Positions 45,231 to 54,974 of a DNA stretch of 64,000 nt are shown here, piece by piece (positions within the stretch are counted from its first letter, which is position 1; the number at the start of each line of letters is the position of its first letter). Both the position numbers and the translations under genes were made by a program. The stretch is from Auanema rhodensis (Eukaryota; Animalia; Nematoda). The notes beneath the pieces were generated by a model, which made no database searches, had not been told where the DNA came from, and saw only the letters and a program-made list of their open reading frames with translations. Location: NCBI GenBank assembly GCA_964057225.1, contig OZ059899.1:11780001-11844000 (forward strand), given 5' to 3'.

Positions 45231-46336
45231 TCAATTTTTATAACCATATGCCAGAGTCTCAAAAGAATCTGGAATTATCACTCTTTTGAATTGTAGCATT
45301 TTCGCTTGAGTCAATTCATTATCAAATACAACTTTTTCCTGTTCTTGGGTGTATAATTGTTGTTTGATACATCGAATACAACATTGTTTCTTTCTAACAA
45401 TACTCTTATTAAAAAGACTTTCACGAAAATCTTCAACTTTTAACTTCTTGACAACATTTTTCTTTATTCCTTTACTCTTTTTAACCTCATCTCTAGGTTT
45501 TGGAACTTTTGGAAGTTTAGGATTCTCTATTTCATCTTGAATTCTTTTATTGTAATAATCTACAAACTCTTGACGTCTTTCCTCAGCAAGTTTATATGCA
45601 TATTGTTTGGGTTTCAAGCCTAAAAGTTCTTGCATTATTAATCCATTTAACTCATCTTTAAATTTGCCAACAACTTTTTTATTTTCTTCATTATACAATG
45701 GATAAACTTTAGGATATTCACTGAAATCGAAATATTTTTTTAATGAAGAATCTTCTAATAGGTCTTCATAAAAGTCAGATGTAAAAATTTCATAAATAAG
45801 GGAATCAGTATCCTGATAGCACAGTTTAAGGTTATTACCATATTTTTTCTTCATAACATTGTAATGAAAATCGTACATCAGCCACTTACTCAACTCCAGG
45901 ATAGCAAAGCCAACATACATAAATAGGCTTATCCAGAACTAGTTTGAGCCATTTCAACAAAACTCAATTCTTTGTTTATTATTATATTCCTATTAAAGTT
46001 AGGTTTCTTTGCTAACTTAGTTAATCTATCTTTCTTTGAAATGTAATGCATTTCACCATTTTCCATACATTCATACTCACCAGAATACACCAACTTTACA
46101 TCTACTCTATTACGAACATTCTCCATAGTTTTCCCAAAAACACTATTATTCATCAACTTAAAGAAGTCTTTTTCAAAATCATTTTTAGCTTTTTTCCTAA
46201 GGTTAGTATTCAAATCAATATAGCTCGCAAGCCAATTACTCTCATCAAATTTAAGAATTCTCTTAATTTTTTTCAATTTCATTCCAAGATCTAAAGCTTG
46301 TAGCAAATTTTGATAATGAATAACATAAGATATCAT
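45231..46336 (-). pseudogene. Protein-primed family B DNA polymerase (pPolB), C-terminal half, Maverick/Polinton type
   Basis: YVIHYQNL, KNDFEKDFFKLMNNSVFGKTMENVRNR, (VLDKPI)YVGFAILELSKWLMYDFHY, YQDTDSL, VGKFKDE, KSKGIKK, TLAYGY*. Intronless and 5'-truncated, with frameshifts at about 45915-45942 including an ATGT duplication. Confidence 0.93.
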
Positions 46337-46393
46337 TCAGCTACTGTAAGTAGTGTGGCAAAAACAGTACAACAAACTTCTCAGGTTTCATGA

Positions 46394-46591
46394 AGTTCGA
46401 TTAATCAAACAATCATTTTACCTTCTGATATTAATGCTCTATTGGATTCATTAAGATTATCAGTAGGTTCATATCCAGCTGGGAATAATGGTGAATATAA
46501 TAAAATTCATTCTATTCTCGATGAATTGATTCGCCAGAAAAAGATAAAAAAGAAAGATCTACCTTGTATTTATATGAATATTGGATTGTAA
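46394..46591 (+). pseudogene. C-terminal fragment of a Polinton/adintovirus PX ('gasderminX')-like protein
   Basis: IILPSDINALLDSLRLSVGSYPAGNNGEYNKIHSILDELIRQKKI fits the recurrent LPSD..L...L.L...S..AGN.....I..ILDEL motif. It lacks a start codon, so it is not in the ORF track. Confidence 0.65.
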
Positions 46592-46707
46592 AGATCAAAG
46601 ACATGGGATTCTTCGAATTCTTAAAATCCCATGACCTAAAGGATTATAGGACTAGATCTCTTTTGATTTCAAATTTTTGGTTTCTGAATTATGTTATTTT
46701 CTGAACC

Positions 46708-47210
46708 TCAACCCTTCTTAACATAAGCTCTGGAAACATTTGGAAAATCTAAATCTAAAATCTTAAGGAAATTCAAACATTCCTGGTTTGTTAATGTTTT
46801 GTTATTCTTCAAAGTTAGCGATAAATCGATGGAAGGTAATTCTACCTTCTCTTCTTTCTGTTTTTCATTATACTTTTTGAGTAGTTCATTGTGTTCATCT
46901 CTTTCTTTTTGATAAAGTTGTTGCTGTTTTTCCAACATCATTGATTTTTTCTAATTCGAAATTCCTAAGAAATTGATTATTATGCTTTTGCATTCACTTT
47001 TACATTCTGCTGTCAAGTGTTTAGTAAAAGCATATTTATAACTATATTTATCATTTTGAGTTAACTTCGATTCATCAATGGTGGCAATCATTTTTTCTAA
47101 AGCATCCAGATAATTTTAAGCTGTTTCTCTAGTGTATTCATTTTTAGTATACTCCAGTATTTCTGAAAAATTCAACTCTTTGATCATCAATTTTTTGAAT
47201 GTCTTCTACA
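46708..47210 (-). pseudogene. Lys/Glu-rich intronless coiled-coil ORF remnant, probably Maverick-derived
   Basis: ORF 46708-46941 plus upstream stop-interrupted coding-like sequence, lying between other Maverick fragments. No diagnostic motif. Confidence 0.4.
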
Positions 47211-47422
47211 ACAATTCTGAGCTGTTCCTCGTACGTCATTCCCTAAAAGCAAAGATTCATGATTTTCATCAATGCAAAAATACAAACCTTAACCAAATCC
47301 AAAAATTCAAAAACAAAAAAAAATCATGAATCTTTGCTTTTGAAACGTTAGAAGAACGGGGTGATGGTGATGGGGATGGTGTTGAGATCGGATTATTCGA
47401 CAATTATTCAACAAAAAAAAAA

Positions 47423-48740
47423 TCATAAATTATGTATTTGAATTATCTTTTCTCGAACAATAGTGATATATTCTTTCAGAGCCTCTGATCCTTTGTCAAA
47501 AAGTAAATCTGATCGACGGAAGACTTCATTATCTTCGTTCAGCTTTGCAAGTGCTACATCCAACTTCAAACTGATTCCAGATTGAACAATAAACTCCTTT
47601 CCAATTCTGAGCTGTTCCTCGTACGGAAATCCACAATATATAAGGAAGAAGTGTTTTCGATGAATCCAATATTTTCGGCATTCAGATCACCCAATCCGAG
47701 AATTTGAGCCAGCAAAGATATCTGGATAATGGCTTTCGAAGTTTCTTCCTTCTGCTCGACAATTTAACGTTCATAATTATCCCTAAACACACACCAGTTG
47801 GAAAAAAATAAATTGAAAGTCGAAATCAATCATAATATTTTAAAAGCACTTACCACTCTTTCTCCAGCATCGCCAAAGTTCTGAATCCAGAAATCTCTTC
47901 GCTACAAATATATACGATTTTGTTTGATGAAACCAGACTTGGGATGAAATCAATCACGGCTCCAATATTCATCACCTCCAAAAGTTTGTATATGAACAAT
48001 TCGATCATGTTTAAAGGCCTACGGTGAGTAACTAAATTTAAAATTTTGTTGATTGATTCACGGCAATGAGCTTACATGAAATACTAGATGGGTTGTGATT
48101 CGTCTTAATGTAAAACAGGCGACGATATGCATCAAAACTAACAATACACATAGCACCAGACCGACTACCGAAATATTTTTAAATTCAAAATCAATGATAA
48201 ATAAACTCAACATACCAGAGGGCTTATCCTTGAAATCGACATCGATCCATTTATCGTAAAACTTGCGCGTGAAGAACGTTTTGGCTGCTTCTTTGATAAA
48301 ATCCGGAACATTGTCCAGAAAAACGGCATACTCCTCTCGCATACGAAGCCAATCGGAATAGAATGTCGCATAAGCAGAGAAAAACTTCACATCGTATAAT
48401 TGTTTCGCTTGCTCATTAGCTTCAACAGCTTTTTCCTGCCTTGAACGAATTTCCTTGGCTTCACGAAACTTTTGTACTATCGTTAAGTAATTCTGCCATT
48501 GTTCGAGAGGATGAAGAGAGTCGGGTAGCTCTTCAGAACGAAACTCGATGTGTTGAAATTTTGGTGGGATATTCGTCACACTCTCAACCTCTTTCAATAA
48601 TTCCAAACGAGAAATCTGTAAATAATTTAAATTTTAGATAAAGCCAATGATCAAAGTTCACAAACCTGTGTATCCACAATAATATTTTTGAAGAGTCGAT
48701 CTTCTTTTTCTCCAACAAGTCGAATCACGAGAAAGACCAT
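47423..48740 (-). pseudogene. Spliced gene with a ubiquitin-like N-terminus and an atypical (PI3K/PI4K/HipA-like) kinase fold; disabled
   Basis: MVFLVIRLVG...|ISRLELLKEVESVTNIPPKFQHIEFRSEELPD (Ubl-like), FYIKT, IELFIYKLLEVMNIG, IVYICSEEI, ILGLGDLNAENIGF (47671-47688 core) and YIVDF (47626-47637). Disablements: in-frame TAA at 47764-47766, a defective acceptor near 48169 and a late frameshift. Confidence 0.65.
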
Positions 48741-48971
48741 TCTGAAACAACAGAATTAATACGTAATTAAACAAATTTAATAAACATAACAGTTTTAATT
48801 CGAAGGAAATACAAATATGGAACAAGAACAAGAAAAGAAAATCTCTTTTCTATTCAAAAAAGTAATAATGCGGTGGAAGAATGTGATGTTGACAGTCTCT
48901 CTCCTTATTCTGCGTTTCTGCTCACGAGTCACTCTCATCACCCTTCCTCTCTACATAGTCCAACGCGTTTG

Positions 48972-49286
48972 AACTTCAAGAGTCAAAGAGTTACACTTCA
49001 ATGGAATTGATGATCAATGGCAATCAGATCTCGTAGAAATGATTCCCTACGCGGAAGAAAATAAAGGCTATAGATATCTTTTAACAATTATAGATTGTTT
49101 CAGTAAGTTTGCATGAGTAGTAGTACCATTAAAAAGTAAGACAGGTAAAGAAACTACAGATGCTTTGGAATCTATCTTTACAAAAAGGTAAAAGAAAACG
49201 AAAAAAGATGCAAACTGATAATGGTAAGGAACATTATAATAAAAAAAATGAATAAATTATTTAAATCTTTAGAAATTAATCACTTC
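48972..49286 (+). pseudogene. Retroviral-like (rve) integrase fragment, Maverick/Polinton type
   Basis: GIDDQWQSDLVEMIPYAEENKGYRYLLTIIDCFSKFA*VVVPLKSKTGKETTDALESIF...MQTDNGKEHYN...EINHF. The first two catalytic Asp motifs are present; it has stops and frameshifts and is truncated before the Glu. Confidence 0.9.
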
Positions 49287-49388
49287 TTACAAGCTTTTTA
49301 CAAGCTCTTCAAGATCTAGGTTGGTTAATGGCTTCAGGTTCTTATCGAATCTTAGATTCTTAGATCCTCCAGATTTATTAAAATGCAT
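49287..49388 (-). pseudogene. Second, divergent N-terminal fragment resembling Polinton adenain-type protease
   Basis: CTCAATAA-ATG followed by MHFNKSGGSKNLRFDKNLKPLTNLDLEELVKSL*; homologous to 45162-45221 at the protein level. Confidence 0.45.
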
Positions 49389-49394
49389 TTATTG

Positions 49395-50212
49395 AGAATA
49401 TTTGTATGTTGGAAATTATGTATGCAGCCCTTAAAAGTTAAATAGTTGTTATTTGAAAATCAAGATCCTCTTGAAGAATTGCAAAAGCCTCAACACTTGA
49501 AGAATTCTGATTCAAATTAGGATGGCCCTATTGCAGTTACATACAATGCCTGCTTCTTCAGAAAAAGAGTCTCGATCAAGTCTCGAGATTCAGGTTGATC
49601 AAGCGTGAATCTCAGGTTGAATAGAAACCAAAGGAGGGACTAATGTGTATTCGACCAAAATTCATTTTTTCATCAAAATGGGAGGTACATATCAACTAAA
49701 AAAAAATAAAATTTAACAACGAAGCTACACGAAAATCAAAATCATTTTTACATTATTTTATAAAATTTAAGATTAAAAAGATTATAATATTATATGTATT
49801 GATGTTCTCAATATTTTTTTTATAGAAAAGAGGAAAAGAAATATAATTATTTAATTATTTAAGAGATTCGTTGTCCAAATGTGTGTACCCTTATCACCTA
49901 TGAATAATCTAGATATATATCTAAGTCTTCAACATTTTATATTTTATATTAATTTTATTTTATTTTTATTAACATTATATATAATAATTCGTTTTTCACC
50001 AAATCAAATGTCACCTTATAAATATTTTTTAATCGTTCATCTAATATGGTTAGTTAAATAATTGTATTTATTTACTGAAAATGGTATACCTTTTCTATCT
50101 TTAAGCTTTCTTCTACAAGATTTTCTTTTTTGCTTTTGCTTGGTTCTCATCGTCTATTCCGAGATTTGGGCATTCCGTCAAACTGGTTTATCACTTCAAT
50201 TCGGAATTCCTA
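49395..50212 (+). repeat. 818-bp inverted repeat, right arm
   Basis: Reverse complement of 44049-44866. Includes the upstream region, exon 1 and most of exon 2 of the chemoreceptor gene. Confidence 0.96.
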
Positions 50213-51176
50213 TAGAGTATACAACAGCTCTGTCTGGCTTCCTTGCCTTTGGTAAATAAAAAGATGAGAAAAAAGTTTAAAACTGTAAATATAATTGTTA
50301 CAGAAGTTATTAGTATATATACTCATATGTTATTATATCGAACAAAATCAATAATATCTCATTCACACTTTAATAATCGCTTTAAAAAATTTATTTATTT
50401 ACTGGTATTAGCTTATGCTTACAGTTTACCTGTTCTATACTGTATATATTTTCGATTATTAGCTTCTTCTGATTTTCGAGATAAATATATTCAATTAGAA
50501 GTATTCTAATCTTTCAATTTTATTCATTTTTTTAATGTTTTTTAATATTTAAGGTCTATAACACATGTAAAGAGAGCTATGGATTAATATTAATGAATAA
50601 TAATATCATAATTGTGCCATTTGGCAATGTAACAAATGCAGAAATTGCCTTCGTTTTTCATATTTCTTCAATTTTAATAATATGGATAGCATCATTTATA
50701 GTATGTATCCATACTTTAAACTTATCAACAACTACAATATCTAAACGTACAATACAACTTCAAAAATCTTTATTACGAACTTTATTTCTACAAGTTTGTT
50801 CAGATACTTTTACTTGTATTAATCGAAAATTTTTTTAGATTGTAATTCCATTCTTATTAATGTTTATACCATGCATAATAGTACTAGTTATTAAATCTAC
50901 AAGTATATTATTTTGATTAATTTTTTATTTATCTGTAAATTTTATCTTTTTTTCAGTTTTCGAATATATTAGTATGCTCGCATTTTCTTGTCACGGTGCT
51001 GCTAATACACTTGTTCTTTTGTTAGGACATAGAGAATATAGAAGAACTCTATTTCTATGCATTAAAAAGTTTTTTAAAAAACCAGGTAAACAGTTATTTT
51101 TTGAAATTAATCGAAGAAAATAATTTTATATTTAGATTTCTCACGAAATCCCTTCTTCGCAAATGATGATCCATAA
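49879..51176 (+). CDS. Serpentine chemoreceptor, Str superfamily (Srh/Sri/Str-like)
   Basis: The open spliced frame contains SPNQMSPYKYFLIVH, MLLYR, ISKRTIQLQKSLLRTLFLQ|IVIPFLLMFIP and FSCHGAANTLVLLLGHREYRR. The last exon is uncertain. Confidence 0.85.
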
Positions 51177-52063
51177 ACAAGAAGATTTATGTCAAATTTT
51201 CGGGCAAAGTTCTTGTGAAAAAGCATATGTACCTTGGTGTCAAATATTGTAACTTTTTAATTTTTTTTAAAATATTTATAGTTGTAAACTAAGGATACTC
51301 AGTTTTTCTGCAAATGAAAACTCTGCCCATACTATTTCTGAACATCCTCCAGTGCGCAGTTCGTTATAAAGATCCCTCCAATAATGAAGAGATGCGTCAG
51401 GATCGTCAAGTTTCAACTTGTTCTCATCAGAAAATATAAATTTTCAGTAACAGAAAATGTGATTTGTATTTTTTACACTCAATTTACCTAATGACTGGTA
51501 ATCATTGCTAAAAAAATTTTTTTCAAAAAATAATTTTTTAACAATTTTTACGCTTCAACTCATTTAAAACTTTTTATTTGGAAATATGTGATGAGTTTTG
51601 TGATAAATATAAAAATTATAAATAATTCTATTTTTAGTATAAATTTGTTGTTTAGAAAAAACAGTAGTACAGTTATATATTATCATTATTGTTCAAATCA
51701 AAACAATCTGATTATAAAAAAAATATGAAGCGTAAGATTAATTAAAACAACTAAATACGAAAAAAAAAAACTATGCAAGCAACGATGCTGTGTCTTTGAG
51801 TTGCATTCTGTTCAATGAATGTATGATAACAGTGTTGTGTAAAACTAAAAAAACAAGAACTGGCCAACCGAAAAAAAAATTATGCAAAAAGATATCGTTC
51901 TACTACATTCACTCTTTTTTTTATAAATTTTCTATTTTCATTACCGAACACTAAAACTTTGATAATGTATCACTGGTATAAAGATTAATATGTTTCGAAC
52001 ACTTGGTCTGAATGAAGTATTTCAAATAGAACACAAGATCTTAGTATTTTGATTAAGAATACT

Positions 52064-52231
52064 TTTGTAATTTGTGGAAATTAGAAAACTTATTTTGAAT
52101 GCAACCGCTCACTGTATTCCTTCAAATAGAAATGACTCTTAGTTTACACAGCCAACTAAGAGATGTGACTCTCATCCTGATTGAGCTCAGAAAAGCAGTT
52201 GATATTGATTTCTTCTCAGAGGAAACTCTTT
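52064..52231 (+). repeat. 168-bp direct repeat, copy 2
   Basis: Matches 43435-43602. Confidence 0.95.
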
Positions 52232-52883
52232 GAATCTCACCAGAGTTTTTTCTTTCTTTTTTTGAATAAAATAAATTAATTGCACACAATTGGCTTCATT
52301 ATAACTGTCTTTTTTTGGTTTGGAAAATTATTCTTTCACAAAGTACAACTATACGTTTGGAAGTTTTCTATCATTTTTGACATAAAATATAATTGGATTC
52401 AAAAAAAAAGACTTCAGTTTACATACATTATTGCTAGTTCTTCTATCCTAGCATGCTTTTTCATTATCAGATGAAAACATATTTGGAGAATGTTAACTGA
52501 ATTGAATTCGCTTCGTTTAGGATTACAAGACTCACTCACGATGGCTAATGAAAAGAGTGAACACGTTTTACACTAACCATAATAAGATAAAGCCTTCCTA
52601 ACGCAGATAGTGTGTAGTCCCTAAACCAATTTTCCTTGCCTCGTTTGTTGCTCACTGTGAAAGTGTATTCCTAATGTAGCAATTTAGCGCATTTGCTTAT
52701 CGACAAGAATTTTATCGGCTAGTGCTAAACATTGAGAGATTGAGGATGAAGAAGAGGATTGGCATGGAAATATTGGCTTTGTAAGGCTTTCGATGCGTTG
52801 TCTGTCTGTCTTTTCTGGCAACTTCCTGTCTGCCCCTTGGGGGATGAGATGCGTCCATCGATTCGTCTCAATCTCGACCCACA

Positions 52884-53904
52884 ATGGTGGAGGGTGGTGT
52901 AGCTATCGTTAAATATCTACTATTTTTATCAAATCTAATTCTCTGGGTGAGTTAATGCTTCTAATTTCCACGAACTCCCCGCGAACGCCTTTGACTGCTA
53001 TGTTCTTCTGTATACTTTTAGACTGGAGGGCTTGGTCTCATCATCCTCGGATCAGTGTTACAGTTAAAGTTTGCAGGTGTATTGGATATATTAGGGGATG
53101 AAAGGTATTAATATTGTTATGAACATGCTTGTATTCAAATAATTTCAGGTTAGCAACCCCTATATTACTATTAGCTTTAGGTACACTATGTACCTTATTA
53201 GGCTTTTTGGGTTGCTGTGGAGCTATCCGAGAAAACTACTGTTTGACAGTATCTTTTGCCGTATTACTTGCTTTGGTAATTGTACGTAAAAACTCATTGA
53301 AACTGAATGATTCAACTATACATATATATATATTCAGATGTTAGAAACAGCTGCTGTCATAACAGCATATGCTTTACATGAAGACATTCGGAGTGGATTA
53401 GCCAGTCAACTTCAAATGGGACTACATCGATATAATAAGAGCAGTGGAGTTCAGGCCGCTTGGGATCAAACACACCAGGTACAGAGCAGCCTAACTAGGT
53501 TTATGTATATAACTCTTGAGTTTAGTTATTCTATTGCTGTGGAGTCAGCAATGCTAGCGATTGGTCTTCATTGGGAGCAATTCCTGAATCATGCTGTATT
53601 CATCCCGAAGACGGTTGCACCACTGAAGCTAGCGCTTTGTACCAACCGGGTTGTATCGAAAAAGTTGAAAGTAAGTTTTGCAAAAGGGCAAAGAAAAAGT
53701 GAAGAGAACATCTGACAAGTAGCCCTCTTATGATAAATTGATCGTACGTCAGTGAAATTTCAACTTTAAGGCTGGGCATTAGTCAACGCCGCACTGGTTG
53801 GGGGGGCCTCTGCCATTCTGGCAGGCCTACAAGTTATTGGAGTTTGTTTCGCTTGTTGCCTTTCGAAAAGTATTCTGAAAGATTTCCATGATTTTTATTA
53901 CTAA
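52884..53904 (+). CDS. tsp-7: Tetraspanin (CD63-like)
   Basis: MVEGGVAIVKYLLFLSNLILW, LATPILLLALGTLCTLLGFLGCCGAIRENYCLTVSF, the CCG motif in the large loop and the C-terminal CCLSKSILKDFHDFYY*. Confidence 0.93.
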
Positions 53905-54974
53905 GACTCATATATAGCTGCTTAACATTAGTTGAGATCATAAATTATTTTCAAAATTAACTTATTTGCTAATTAACACCAAAAAACAACAACTATTGTT
54001 CTTATGTTGATTGCATCTTCTATAGAGATTTTTTATATTAATTTTATGAAAGTGGGCCTTTGTTGCAATACTTAAAATGATTTCATATAAACTTTTCTTT
54101 CAAAAAAACAGCATAATTCTATTTATAATAGCCAAGATGTCCACCCCTTTAAGTAGACATTTTCATTATTCTCAAGTCAGAACCAACATGCTACCCGTCT
54201 TCTCTCTCAGTCATCAATCTCCATACATCATTTACTCAACTGGCACCCAATGCAACTACATTCTGCCTTCTACTATAATCCGCTCTTCTTCATAATTAAT
54301 CTTTCTGTGGTGATAGTGATCTAGAGTATATTTAAATAAATAAAGAAATCAAATTCACAAAATCTTTGTTAACCTTGTTTACAAGCAAACCACGGTGATG
54401 AATTATAAGCATAAGGCAATCATAGATTGGCAATATCAAAGAATATTGAGCAGATTAAGCGACCTTGTAGAGTGAATGAGAATTATGAGTAGAAACAAAA
54501 TAATATACAAACACCAGAATTTACAATTCTCCGTTAAATTGCAGCGTTATTTGAAATGCTGTACAAGTTATAAAGCCGAAAGCAAAGCAAAATTGAAGCC
54601 TAACAATCGAACACGTAATATATGAAATACATTGCATTGAGGCAGATCAAGGAGGCAAGTCATGAGACCACATTAGTAAATGTAAAAATACTTAAAGTAA
54701 AAAAGTGTTCAAACGGTAATAAGAAATAAAAAATCGTAAGAATTCTGCCATAAATGGTATGTATACGTAGAAGGAAAAAGAATTGACTCCAATCAAAAAG
54801 AATGAGTCACTAGAGATTTGACGCATATGGCAGAAAACTTTTTACAACTAGCATAAAACATAAAAGTCTAAAGCGGGCCATGATCTATTTCATAGAATTA
54901 AAACTGCATGCTGTCAAGATATTACAAATAATACTTACTATTAAATAGTTAAATGTTGAATAACAAGAAAGGAT

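Larger units (their letters stand above)
45162..49388. mobile_element. Rearranged Maverick/Polinton remnant (mosaic of fragments plus an embedded spliced gene)
   Basis: Contains pPolB, retroviral-like integrase, protease-like N-termini and a PX-like motif in mixed orientations. No intact element, capsid or packaging ATPase recognised. Confidence 0.85.

Noticed and set aside
44049-50212. A complete, autonomous Maverick with 818-bp TIRs
   Set aside because: The core is only 4.5 kb, all element genes are fragmentary, no capsid or ATPase was recognised, and the arms contain host chemoreceptor exons.
43435-52231. LTR retrotransposon defined by the 168-bp direct repeats
   Set aside because: No gag, reverse transcriptase, primer-binding site or clear TG...CA ends; the integrase present is Polinton-type.
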